Assembly: GCF_964213995.1 (NCBI RefSeq)
Contig: NC_135801.1
Location: forward strand, 29,078,001 to 29,142,000
Direction of reading: 5' to 3'
DNA length: 64,000 nt
DNA from: Mustelus asterias
Lineage: Eukaryota
The position numbers and the translations under genes are program-made. Numbering within the stretch: position 1 is the stretch's first letter; each line of letters begins with the position of its first letter. The notes beneath the pieces are model-generated. The model had not been told where the DNA came from. It ran no database searches and worked only from the letters and a program-made list of their open reading frames with translations. Shown here in pieces: positions 51,175 through 63,837 of this stretch.

Positions 51175-51590
51175 TACTTGCATTAATATAGTACTTTTCA
51201 CAGCCTCTAGACGTGCCAAAGCATTTTATAGCCAATTAGCACTTTACAGCCAATGAAGTACTTCTGAATTGTAGTCACTGTTCTAATGTAGGAAATGTGC
51301 CAACTAATTACTCTTACAAAAAGCAATGTGATCATGACCAGGACATCTATTTTTGTAATGTTGATTGAGGGATAAATATTGGCTAAGACACAGGGGTAAT
51401 TCCTCTGCTCCTCTTCAAAATAGCGCCATAGGAGGTAGATGGGACCACGGTTTATGGATCCATCAGAATGCTGGCACCTCCAACAGTGCAGCAATCCCTC
51501 GGTACCACACTAGAATGTCTGCCTTGATTTTTGTGTTCAAGTCCTGGAGTGGCACTGGTACTCAGAATATTGGTAGGCCAGAGTGCTAAC
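51175..51590 (-). mobile_element. Deu-domain SINE (SacSINE1/AmnSINE1-like)
   Basis: Minus strand reads gagggattgctgcactgttggaggtgcc...ctattttgaagaggagcag...gccaatatttatccctcaa...gtgactacaattcagaagtacttcattggctgtaaagtgct, recognised from memory as the Deu-SINE core and tail. More decayed relatives at ~48930-49195 and ~62800-62900. Confidence 0.75.
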
Positions 51591-52109
51591 AATTAAGTCA
51601 TGGTTCAAATGCGTTGTCAGCAGAACTGCGCTTTCAATAACATTGCCTCAATGATATTTCACATTCCACCACAGCGTTGCATGTATACTGGTTCTGAAGT
51701 GCTGTGGGTAAAGCTTGTCAGGCTCTTTCACATAACGGGCCAAAATTTGCTGGGGTGTTGGGGGGGTGGTGGTGGTGGTGGTTTACAGTTAATCTTGTGC
51801 CATGAATTGCTGGAAATATGATTGCTAACACTGCCAATTGGGGATTCACAATTTGGTACTAGGCGGGGACAGTTATTTTATCTCCTTAGCCAATGAATCG
51901 TTGGCAAAGCTCTGATTGATTAGCATGGATAACTGATCATTTTTTTAAAAAATCACGGGCATTTCACAGCATTAGCCTCCATCAAGCACTTTTCATTGTG
52001 TTCTAGTTATTTTCTTTCTGTTCTATCACTTTGTTGCATTCCCAAATGCACTTTTCTTCAAGATAGATTTATCTCCTTTTATAATTTCCCCAACTTAACA
52101 CGCATCTGA

Positions 52110-52218
52110 TTTAGAACAAAGAACAGTACAGCACAGGAAACAGGCCCTTCGGCCCTCCAAGCCTGTGCCGCTCCTTGGTCCAACTAGACCAATCGTTTGT
52201 ATCCCTCCATTCCCAGGC
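52110..52218 (-). mobile_element. CR1 3'-tail fragment
   Basis: agaacaaagaacagtacagcacaggaaacaggcccttcggccctccaagcc; related to 59450-59550 and 61340-61418. Confidence 0.75.
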
Positions 52219-53030
52219 TAATTTGTGAGATTATATGGCATGTGCAAAACAATCATCATCAACTGATAATCAATTTTGAACTGAAAGGTCAGTGAAATCA
52301 TATGTTGGAGTACTGGCAGGGTCCTTAAGTCATAAAATAACAGCCGTAGCCTTCTGCTGCGAGTTTAATTTGTTTTTATAGCGCATTTGAAGCAAGCTTT
52401 TGACACACATGGGGAGGTTAACGATAAATTCCAGTTTTTGAGGGTCTAACAGCAAAGTGGCACAAATAGATCAGCAATTTGTGAAGATTTGTAACTCAGC
52501 GCTTTGTTTCCTCACCAGAAATTGTGGGGCATGCTGTACATCAAAAACTTGCTGTTATTTTTGCAGAACATTCTGGGCCATTCACCCAAGTTTCATAAGA
52601 GATAGACTACAAGATAAACTGTTTAGTTAGCGTGCAACTTGATACCACGTTTCCTCAGTCTGTCAAGTAGAGTATAGGCAGCAAAAACAGGATATAGGCA
52701 ATGCAAGCAAGAAAATCATTCAATCACCAAAAATAGCCATCTGCTAGTTAGTTAACACGTATTCATGTTAGATTCACCGGAACTGGGACTACATTAACTA
52801 TTCAGTGAAAACACAAAGTCACCTGCTTGGAATGACTTCAATCCACTTCCCCAGATTTTTGAATGGCTTACTACAATTTTAATCAAACAACAGATGGTGT
52901 CTTTTGATTGAAAGTAGTTTGTTTCATTGATTGATGGTGTTCAGGTTTCCAACTGAAGTACATTTCCTGCTTGGTGCGAATTCCAACTAATGCCATATTT
53001 TCATAACGTAGTTCTTCATATATAGTGATG

Positions 53031-53445
53031 TCAATTCCATTGATTTGATTTATTGTCACATTTATTGGTATACAGTGAAAAGTATTGTTTCTTGAGCGCT
53101 ACACAGACAAAACATACCGTACATAGAGAAGGAAAGAAAAAGGTGCAGAATGCAGTGTTATAGTCATAGCTAGGGTGTAGAGAAAGATCAACTTAATGCA
53201 GGGTAGGTCCATTCAAAAGTCTGATGGCAGCAGGGAAGAAGCTGTTATCGAGATGGTTGGTACCTGGCCTCAGACTTTGGTATCTTTTTCCCAACGCAAG
53301 AAGATGGAAGAGAGCATGTCCAGGATGCACCTTCTCCTTTCCTTCTCTATATACAGTATGTTTTGTCTGTATAACACGCAAGAAACAATATTTTTCACTG
53401 TATACCAATACATGTGACAATAATAAATCAAATCAATGGAATTGA
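53031..53445. mobile_element. Rex1/Babar-like LINE 3' end in a fold-back (inverted repeat) configuration
   Basis: Minus-strand ORF end HPGHALFHLLALGKRYQSLRPGTNHLDNSFFPAAIRLLN (Rex1/Babar-type C-terminus); arms 53031-53147 and 53326-53445 are reverse complements ending in (aaatc)n tails. Confidence 0.8.
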
Positions 53446-54969
53446 TTCTCAATCTGTCCACAGTGCTGCTCCTCAGTTCTCTAATATTCCCCGAGCCGAA
53501 ACACTCACTGACTAAATCAGAAGAGGATCTGGTTGATGTTCACATTAAGCCTTTCGTTCTTCGGTATTTGAAGCATCAAACGTGCTAAGAATAGTAAGTG
53601 GGTTTTGCAGTGGCTCCTAAGAAAAGCCAAGGAGATCTGAGCCACAAATTGTCCCCTTCACCGAGGACTGTCTCCATTGAATGTACTGCACTGATCTTTT
53701 AAAACTGTAATGAGGAAAGGCATGATTTCCAACAGGTTAGATAGGATTATGTTTGAAACACACAAATACACCAATATTTCACTCTGCTTTAAAACATGCA
53801 ACTACAATATATTAACACTAAGTAGGCCTTAAAACCTATTGAATTTGCCCAGAAAGAAAACAGGACATTGTGTGTGGTGAACCATCATCATTAAATTTCA
53901 TCAGAAGGCATGTTTACGAATAACTGGCCCATCAGAGACATTCCCATTGGAAGTAAATTCAATCATTTATTGCTGCTTTACTCATTATTTGCTCATTATT
54001 TTTGAGTTGTAAATAAATATTAATTGCTTTGCAAAGATTCTGATCCACGTTCAACATCTACCAATTGATAGTTAAGCACAAAATTATGAAGAATCCATTA
54101 AACTTTACAAGATCACAGTTGATCCTTGCACCAATGTGGACACAGTTTTTGGGAATTGAATCATTTCTCAAGTACAAATTAGCTGAACCCTCTTCAACCT
54201 GTTACAGGCAGCAATAATACAACCAAAATGTGTAAATAACATTTTTTTCTAAGCACAGTAACCAATTCAGTGATATGTTAACTTATACAAAATAAATATT
54301 TATATTGAGCAAGTGGTCAAATATTGGGGGAGGAAAAAGGGAAAACACCCAAAATAGGTTGATAGAAATTCAATTCCAAATTCATCTAAAACTGCTCTAG
54401 CTGCGAGGAGAGGAGGAGTGGGAGAAAAATTACTTTTGGAAACAATATGAAAGATTCAGTGTATACTGGGGAATAAAGAATCCACAAGGTCTGTGGATTA
54501 CTTTACAAAATGTGCAAGATGAGGGGTATAAAAAAAATGTAGTAAAATAGCAACGTGATCCATTATCTCAACAGGCACGCAGGGAGCAATAAATGCAACT
54601 CTGTATCCTTTGCACAGTTAAACATGCAGAGAGCACAGGTTTTCAAGTCCAAAAATATAAATAGTGATATTAAATATTTAACTACCACCTACATGCAGTT
54701 CCAAATCTATACACTTCATCAGCTAATGAAAAATGTTGCCTTAAAACCATCTGCACAAACATTTCAACATGAGGAAAAGACATGAGGAAAAGAAAAATAT
54801 TCGGATAAAATATACCGGATTGAAAAATACTTCAAAATGCAGGTACTAATATAAAATCAGTGACTATTACTAGCTTTTAATGAAAACGAATTAAATATAT
54901 TCATTCTCAGTCATTAGTTTGACATTTGCTCAACTGTTCACACTATGTGCAGTTAAGTGTATGTTTTGT

Positions 54970-55230
54970 CATCGGGGGGATAGTTCAAAGGAGTTGCGAG
55001 GGGCAAGTTTTTTTCTACAGAGAGTGGTAGGTGCCTGGAACGCGCTGCCAGGGATGGTGGCAGAGGCAGATACAATAGGGGTATCTAAGGGGCTTTTAGA
55101 TAAACACATGAATGTGCAAGGAATAGAGGGATATGGACCAAGGCAGGCAGAAGGGATTAGTTTAATTTGGAGTCATGTTCAGCACAACATCGTGGGCCTA
55201 AGGGCCTGTTCCTGAGCTGTACCGTTCTAC
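54970..55230 (+). mobile_element. CR1 3' fragment
   Basis: FFLQRVVGAWNALPGMVAEADTIG...LDKHM followed by the CR1 tail. Confidence 0.85.
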
Positions 55231-55589
55231 ATGGAAGAGTTCATATTGAGCTATATGGAGCTCCAGGAGAGCTTACCTGGCCTAGTAAAAATTCAGCATT
55301 GAAGGAAGGCGAAGATAACTAAATTTGAACCAAAGACCAATTTACTCGTTATTTACCCAAATTGGTGATGCAACAAATATCAAAAGCATGTCAGCTTCTT
55401 AAATTTAACATTGTATGTAAATCAACAAAACTGTACTGTCCCAGGTGAGATTTGCACAGCAGTGAAGAATTTTTTTGCACAAATTGCAAAAACACATGAA
55501 TCACAACAGCCACGAATCTTGTGTTTTGGAAAAGTCACTCAAGTAGCATAATTGCACACATTTAGCATAACTGCACACAAATAAAAAAG

Positions 55590-57965
55590 CATAATCACTT
55601 TGCTGGGATTATGCTATAGACCTCCAGTCATAGGCAGATGGAGGAGCAAATATGCAGGCCAATCACAGAGAGGGTGAGAGGATTAGGGTTAAAGTAGTAA
55701 GAGATTTCAACTTTACCAATATTAACTGGAATCTCCTTAGTGTGAAAGAATTAGACAAGGTGGAGTTTTTAAAGTGCATCCAGAAGAGATTTTTTGTGCC
55801 AGTACCTAGGTAGTCCTACTAGGGATGGGGTAGTGTTAGACCTAATTCTGAGGAATGAAGTTGGGTCAGTGGTTGAAGCGTCAGTGGGTGAGCATTTTGG
55901 GGATAGTGACTGTAACTCTAAGTTCCAAAGTCATTATGAAAAAGGATAAGGATAGTCCAGAAGTCAAGCATCTGAACTGGGGAAAGACCAATTTAAATAT
56001 CGTTAGGCAGGCTCTGGCAAACATAGACTGGGAGGAGCTAAATCTACATTTGGAAAGTGGGATTCTTTTAAAAGTGAAATAGTGAGTGTTCAGGGCTAAT
56101 GGCTTCCTCTAAGAGTGAAGAGAACTCTGGATGTCAAGGGATATTGAGGATTTCATTAAAAAAAGGAAGCATGTGGTAGATATAGAGCACTAAAAATGGT
56201 GGAGACCCTTCGGCAGGGAGTGTGTAGGGGGTGCTTAAAAAAGAATTTAGGAGGGAAAAGAGGGGCCATGGATTATCATTGGCAGATAAGATTAGGGAAA
56301 ACCCCAAGGCATTGTATAAGTATATTAAGTGCAAGAGGATGACAAAGGAATGAGTGGGGCCCATTCAAGACCAAAGAGGCAATCTGTGCATGGAGCCAGA
56401 GGACATGGGCAAGGTCTTAAATGGATATTTTCATCTATATTCACTAAGGAGAAAGACATTATAGCTGGAGATTTCAGTTGGGATGGTGAAGTTCTAGAAC
56501 ATGTTAAGATTAATAAGGAGGAGGCATTAGATGTCTTAGTGGGCATAAAGGTGCACAAGTCTCCAGGGCCTGATGCGATGTATCCCAGGCTGCTATGGAA
56601 GGCAAGGGAGGAGATTGAAGAGGCCCTGACAGAGATATTTAAATCTTCGCTGGCCACAGGTGAAGTGCCGGATGATTGGAGGATAGCCAATGTGGTTCCT
56701 TTATTAAAGAAGAGCGGCAGGGAGGTAGGGAATTACAGGCCAGTCAGTCTGACAGTGGTAGGGAAATTATTGGAAAAAATTCTGAGGGACAGGATTAATC
56801 AACAGCTGGAAAGGCAAGGATTGATCAGAGGTAGTCAGCACAGATCTGTTGATGGGAGATCCTGACTAACTAATTTAACTGAGTTTTTAAAAAAAGATAA
56901 CAAAATACATTGATGAAAGTAGCACAGCTGATGTGTTTTACAAGGCCTTTGACAAGGTCCCACATGGAAAGCTGGTCCAAAAGGTTAGAGCCCACGGGGT
57001 CCAAGGCAAGTTGGCAAATTGGATCCAAAAATGGCTTGTCAATAGGAGGCAAAGGGTGATGGTGGAGGGCTGCTTTTGTGATTGGAAGCCTGTGACCAGC
57101 AGTATAACATAGGGATTAGTGCTGGGACCCTTGCTGTTTGTTAAATACATTAACAACTTGGATATGAATGTAGATGGTATAATTAGTAAGTTTGCAGATG
57201 ACATAGAAATTGGTGGTGTTGTGGGTAGTGAGGAGGATATTCATAGGCTACATACTGATATTGATCAGCTAGTAAATTGGGCACAGCAATGGCAGATGAA
57301 ATTTAATCCTGATAAGTGTGAGGTGACACATTTGGGAGGTCTTAAACGGGTAGGGTATACACAATGAATAGTCGGTCCCCAGGGAGTATTGAGGAACGAA
57401 GGGACCTTGGTTTACAAGTTCATAGATCCCTGAAGGTGGCAGCACAGGTAGATAGGGTGATGAAGAAGGCATACGGAATGCTTACCTTGTCTTCGTTAGC
57501 TAGGGCATAGAATATAGGAACAAGGAGGTCTTGGTACAACTTTATGAAACATTGGTTAGGTCACAGATGGAGTATTGTGTGCAGCTCTGGTACACCACAC
57601 TATCGGAAGGACGTAATTGCACTGGAGAGAGTGCAAAGGAGGTTCACTATGATGTTGCCAAGGATGGAAAGTTTCAGTACGAGGAGAGATTAGTTTTGTG
57701 TTCCCTGGAGCAGAAGAGGCTTACAAAATTATGAAAGGTGTAGATAGGGTGGTGGAAATATGGAATGCACTGCTTGAGAGAGTGTGGTGGAGGCAGGTAC
57801 TCTCGCAATATTTATGAAGCATCTGGACGAGCACTTAAAATCGCCAAGGCATAGTAGACTATGGTCCAAGAGCTGGTATATGGAATTTGTATAGATTGGT
57901 ATTTGATGGTTGACATAGGCATGGTGGGCTGAAGGGCCAGGTTTTGTGCTGCCTGACTCGATGAC
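55590..57965 (+). mobile_element. Degenerate CR1 ORF2 (APE to 3' end)
   Basis: Fragments [38 protein letters not shown] in ORFs 56329..56865 and 57119..57367; many indels. Confidence 0.9.
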
Positions 57966-58217
57966 AAGCAGTACACTTCATCTTATTCCAGCTATCCTGG
58001 TGCTAAATGCAGTTGGTGCAGACATCATGGAAAAAGGGTTCTGTGTATGCTTAGGAACGATGTAAAATATACTGACTATACCCGACTGACTCAGACCTTG
58101 TTAAAGGTCTTAAGGATGTGCCATATGCTGACTGAAGGAGAGATCCTGCTTCAGAACATATGTCATCCTGTATTACTTTAAGAGTTGCAGTATACCTATT
58201 CATGAATCTTTCAGTAC

Positions 58218-58556
58218 GTAGAAATCATAGAAATCCTACAGTGCAGAAAGAGGCCATTCGGCCCATCGAGTCTGCACCAACCACAATCCCACCCAGGCCC
58301 TACCCCCATATCCCTACATATTTTACCTGCTAATCCCGCTAACCTACGCATCCCGGGACACTAAAGGGCAATTTAGCACGGCCAATTAACCTAACCCGCA
58401 CATCTTTGGACTGTGGGAGGAAACTGGAGCACCCGGAGGAAATCCACGCAGACACAGGAAGAATGTGCAAACTCCACACAGACAGTGACCCAAGCTGGGA
58501 ATCGAACCCAGGTCCCTGGAGCTGTGAAGCAGCAGTGCTAACCACCGTGCTACCGT
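58218..58556 (-). mobile_element. HE1/V-type SINE with CR1-like tail
   Basis: Nearly full length; closely matches the copies at 10066 and 37398. Confidence 0.92.
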
Positions 58557-58971
58557 GACTCATCAATAAAGTGAAATTAGTTTCAGTTCTTTGATTAATG
58601 GTCCCATTATGCTTACTTCCCAAGTGTGACCACTCAATGATTTCTCTGGAAAGCGCAGGGAAAAACAGGGAAAAGAGAATAAAGCCCGACTGATTTTAGA
58701 ATTTCCCCAGGTTAAACCGGAGGTGTCGGATCAAGTTGAAAAACTTTCACCACAGGACACCAAATGTGAGAGGACAAAAGACCATTCAGGTAAAGCCATT
58801 CAGAGGTGAAAATCGTTTAAACACCATTCAAAATTCAAACTCCAAACAAAGTTCAAGGTTCATCCTCTCCAAAAATCCATGCCCCTCATAAAAAACAAGG
58901 GTCAACACTGTGAAGCTTTAAATCCACCACAAGACTCAGCTTTGTGTTAATAGGTATTCACAAACACCTTC

Positions 58972-59132
58972 GGCAGGATTTTCCACATTAACTCGCCATT
59001 GGCTTGCGGCAAGATCTTCTGGTCCACTGTAGTCAGCGGGGACTCCCTCGCCGCTAGGAAACCCGCAGCAGGGGTGCACTGCCTGCAGAACTGGAAGATC
59101 CCAACGGTGCAAATGACGGGAAAATTCTAGCC
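58972..59132. mobile_element. Small palindromic MITE-like element
   Basis: Outer inverted repeat ggcaggattttcc / ggaaaattctagcc; inner inverted repeat gatcttctggt / actggaagatc. Confidence 0.5.
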
Positions 59133-59177
59133 TTAAGTCTACTCCTTATTTTAATCAGTACATTCCCATCAACTATA

Positions 59178-59308
59178 AGAACACAGAAGCAAAATACTGT
59201 GGGTGCTGGAAATCTGAACTTAAAACAGAAAATGCTGGAAATACTCAGTAGGTCTAGAAACATCTGTGGAGAGACTACTTCAGCTCCGTGACCTTTCATC
59301 AGAACTCA
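59178..59308 (-). mobile_element. Terminal fragment of an old Penelope-like family
   Basis: aaaatactgtgggtgctggaaatctgaa...aaaatgctggaaatactcagtaggtc...gacctttcatcagaact; homologous + strand copies at ~2280-2362 and ~11625-11735. Confidence 0.55.
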
Positions 59309-59879
59309 GTTGTTGATTTGCCCCTCAGGATGCTATCTTTTCATAAAACAAGCTCCCTCCAGATCTCAACCTGCTGCTGATTTTGAAACCCCCATACCTA
59401 TGATTATTGTTGACCTGCCTCTGACTTTGAATCACAACAGGAGCCTAGGCTAAATAGAGGGATACAAACGGATGGTTAGTTAGGAACACATGATCGGTGC
59501 AGGCTTGGGGGGGCCGAAGGGCCTGTTCCTGTGCTGTATTGTTCTTTGTAAAGTTGGGTGCAAAAAGAAATGACGCTTCTTGAATATCTCGATGTTGGAA
59601 GACCTAGAATTGGCACCAACAGCTGGGGGAGGGGGGTGTGCGTGCGCATGTTTGCGTGCAATAGTTATAAGCAGAAAAGGCTGAAGACAGGGTTAGAGAT
59701 GGGATTGTGGATTGGGCAAGTTTACTATTGTGGCTTCCATTTTGCCAGAGCTTACAAGACCATTTATTGGGGTTTACGAGTGAGGATAAGAGAGTCTCTG
59801 GGAATCTGTGAGATCAAGACCGTCATAAACCCAGGTGAGGTGGTTCTACATTCATGGTCAGAATACGGCTGCTGGTAAA

Positions 59880-59962
59880 CAATAAACCTGTTGGACTTTA
59901 ACCTGGTGTTGTGAGACTTCTTACTGTGCTTATCCCAGTCCAACGCCGGCATCTCCACATCA
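59880..59962 (+). mobile_element. Penelope-like 3' terminus with tail
   Basis: aataaacctgttggactttaacctggtgttgtgagacttcttactgtgcttatcccagtccaacgccggcatctccacatca; matches 3209-3290. Confidence 0.85.
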
Positions 59963-61000
59963 CAACAGGCAAGGTACCAGAGGATTGGAGAGCAGCTAAC
60001 ATTGTTCCTCTGTTTAAGAAGGGCAGAAGAGACAATCTGGGAAATTACAGGCCTGTGAGCCTTATATCAGTGGTGGGATAATTATTGGAGAAGATTCTTA
60101 AAGACAGGATCTACTCGCATCTGGAAGAGAATAGGCTTATTAGCGATAGGCAGCATGGTTTTGTGAAGGGGAGATCGTGTCTCGCAAACTTGATTTGAGT
60201 TCTTTGAGAAAGTGACAAGAAAAATTGACCCGGGCAGGGCAGTGGATGTTGTATACATGAACTTTAGTAAGCCTTCAATAAGGTTCCTCATGGCAGGCTG
60301 ATACCAAAGGTGAAGTCATATGGGATCCAAGGTGAGCTGGTAAAATGGATGCAAAACTGGCTTGGGCATAGAAAGCAGAGAGTAGCAGTGGAAGGGTACT
60401 TTTCTAACTGGAGGTCTGTGACAAGCAATCCACAAGGATCAGTGTTGGGGCCTCTGTTGTTTGTAATTTGGAGGAAAGGTAGGTGGTCTGATTAGTAAAT
60501 TTGCAGATGATACAAAAATTGGGGGAGTAACAGATAGGGAGGAGGATTGTCAGAGGATATAGCAGGATACAAATTGGCTGAAGACCTGGGCTGAAAGATG
60601 GCAGATGGAATTTAACCCTGACAAATGTGAGGTGATGTGATTTGAAAGGTCTACTGCAGAAGGAAAGTATACAGTAAATGGCAGAGCCCCTAGAAATATT
60701 AGCATACAGAGGGATCTAGGCAAGTGGACAAGGTGGTCAAGAAGGCATATGACATGCTGGCCTTCATTGGTCAGGGCGGTGAGTATAGGAATTGGAAAAT
60801 CATGTTGCAGCTGTACAAGGCTTTGGTTAGGCCACATTTGGAGCTTTGTGTACAATTCTGATGACCACACTATCAGAAGGATGCTGATGCATTGGAAAGA
60901 ATGCAGAAGAGATTTACCAGGATGTTGTCTGATTTAGAGGATATGGACTATGAAGAAAGGTTGAACAAACTTGGATTATTTTCATTGGAGCATCAGAGGA

Positions 61001-61031
<31 letters not shown>

Positions 61032-61418
61032 TGGTGGTGGTGGTGACCTGACTGAGGTTTACAAGATTATGACAGGGTTGGATAGAGTGGATAGTCAGAG
61101 TCTTTTTCCCAGGGTCGAAGGGTCAATTACTGGGGGCATAGGTTGAAAGTGAGAGGGGGAAAGTTTAAAAGAGATGTATGGGGCAAGTTTTTCACACAGA
61201 GGGTGGTGAATGCCTGGAACGTTCTGCCAGAGGTGGTGGTGGAAGCAGATTCTGTAACAATGTTCAAGAAGCATCTGGATGGATACATGAATATGCAGGG
61301 AATAGTGGGATATGGACCACGTAAAGGCAAGAAAATATTAGATTAGAGTGACATCTGTGTCAGCACAGACTTGGTGGGCCAAAGGGCCTATTTCTCTGCT
61401 GTACTGTTCTTTGTTCTA
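59963..61418 (+). mobile_element. Degenerate CR1 RT/3' portion with a poly-G expansion at ~61003-61045
   Basis: [52 protein letters not shown] and the CR1 tail. Confidence 0.9.
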
Positions 61419-61710
61419 AATGCAACTTGAGGCCAAAATTGTTTCGGTGGGAAAGTGAGAGAAACCTACTTACCAGAGGCTAGGTTAGAGAACTTTGGAG
61501 CTGTACATGATGTCACATGTTTGTGGACAGTAATGCTGATGCTTGTGGTATTGTCAGGCACATCTTTGTTGTGTTGCCTATTCAAAGCTAAATGTACATT
61601 TGCATTTGAAGCATCATTCACCTGTTAATTTATCTTTAATTTACACTGACTCTGATTCAGATCAAAGTTACAAAAAATTAAATCTTGTTGGTAATTTCTT
61701 CTCTTAGAGA

Positions 61711-62598
61711 TGTCACGAACCACGTTGATGTTACCTGCGAAGGCGTCACAACGTGAGACACCGGTTCGTGGTGGTGTATAGTTTTGTTTTGGAATGGTGT
61801 GAGGAGTCATGTGAAACCACCCATGAGAATAAGCAGCCAAGTCATAGTGTAACAATTAGTAAAGACTATTTATTAAATTAAAAGACAAATACACAAGAAC
61901 AGGACTATAATAATATAAGACAACTAAACACCGGAAGTAATAAACATACACACAGTTTTATTTAGAAATTACGTTTGTTCCAAAATATATCTATGATACC
62001 CGAACTCTAAGACTTCTCCGGTCCCACACAAAATCCAACAAAGGAAAGCTAAAAGTCAAATCCAGCTTATAATTACTGCACAATACAAGGAGAATGGTCC
62101 AGTCTCGGAAGCGCCTTTGCCTGGTTCAGTGGAGATATTTTAAACTGTCTTTATGAAGGGTTCTGCACTAACTTGGCTGCAAGACTTTAAAAAGTGTCTT
62201 CTGCTGTTAGCTGGCTTGCTATTTGATGTTAAATCGGCCCTCTGCTTCTGCAGGAGTTGCAAATATGCCCCGGTTCTCTTTTTGATTCTGCCTACTGCAT
62301 GTTGGGAGTCTATCTCTCTCACAAATTCCTTGACTCTCGAAAACTAGCATCTGTATGCCTCCACTGATTTCTTAGTTGTCTAGGTTAACTGCTTCCTGAT
62401 GATAGGGCTATTAACATCTTATCTTATCTAGATGTCTGTTAAACTCATTACTGCGGAAAAAGAATGCATCCCATTGCCCCCTTTGAATACTGAGTACTGC
62501 TGTCGCCAGGCATATAATCCCCTGTTGCTGGGTACATTACAGCCTACTATTCCCTTATTAATTCTGGGTCCTGCTGTTACCCAGGCAAATCCATGACA
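61711..62598 (-). mobile_element. Possible solo LTR
   Basis: Begins tgtcacg and may end catgaca (short inverted ends); minus-strand AATAAA near 61868-61873; no convincing target-site duplication. Confidence 0.3.
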
Positions 62599-63837
62599 AG
62601 TGGCCATTCAGTAAATTTGGTTATTTTGGTTTAGGGTTCTCCCATGGGGAGCACACCAATTATCCTCAGTATATTACAGATTAGAAATTACTTTAATTCA
62701 CCATTTTAACAAAAGGATTTAACATGTTTATTTTAAATAGATCACCCACCTTCTTTATTTATTGGATATAAGCAATGGATAGAAGTATATGAAGGTTTAA
62801 GTACAACATGACAATCGTGACTACACTTAAAAAGAGCTGTACAGTGCTTTGGGTCATTATCTGAGGTCTGGAAAGGCATTATATAACTGTGAATCTTTCT
62901 TTTTTGTTTTTATTCGTCTGTTGATATTGGACAGTAATTTCTGGACTCATACCGGAGTATATAATAGTCAAGTCTCAACCTATTCCTAACACTTCTGCAA
63001 TATAAATGTTATTTTAATCACAATTCTTGCACTATGTTCAGAAAAAAAAATCACATACACATCATGTCACTTAAAATTGCATAAAACATTAGGATTTAAA
63101 AGGAAGATGGTGTACCATACAAAACACCAATTTGATGGTTATTCACTGATCTCATAATGAGACGCACAAGGTCTGCTCATTATATCACAGATACATGATT
63201 AGGCGAGATGAGATGATTAGACAGTTTCTATATTTGCACATAGCAGAGATCCTTATCCTTTGGAAATTGCAAAAGTCACTTGATACTAATTCAGCAGCAG
63301 TAACATTCATAAGGAATTTATCTAGCTTTCCTCAAACAACTTTTTATGATAGTCTATGTTCTCAAAACCATTTTCCAATATGCTGTGAAGAGCCCAAAAC
63401 GGCATCTCATCTCCTCCCAAAATGTGCTTTCGTTCAAATACTTCAAGGGAATGTCACCTTCAAAGAACAAAACTATAGACAGAGGATCCCTGGGGTAACT
63501 TGACCAGGTTTAAAGAGCACAGCATAAATAATCACCTGAAAAGCACATATTCTAAAGCAGCTGCTACCTAAGGACCACTGGTAACCAATGTTCCTATAAA
63601 CTGCTGGTCCCTGCACAAGTTGGTCCCTTTAAATTGCCTCACATACTGGTGATGAAAACTGAAGTGTTATTCTCAATCTCATAGCAAATTCCTTCTAATG
63701 AAAGGGCTTTTTGGTTTCTTGAAAATTTGAAGAATTCAAATATTATAGAATGATTGCACCCTGATCTCGTGTCACTTTAAGCATCTTCTGTTTTTATTTC
63801 TTACTTACCTTCAGGGAGCTAACAGCACCAGACCTGC

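Noticed and set aside
54766-55580. Short tandem duplications (acatgaggaaaag x2; tagcataaytgcacaca x2), with similar ones at ~18981-19018 and ~32551-32580
   Set aside because: Ordinary slippage duplications with no further structure.
63809-63833. Possible RNF150 micro-exon (cgcag|25 nt|gtaagt on the minus strand)
   Set aside because: Good donor, but the 25-nt length would shift the frame, the acceptor derives from a SINE edge with a poor pyrimidine tract, and there is no homology.
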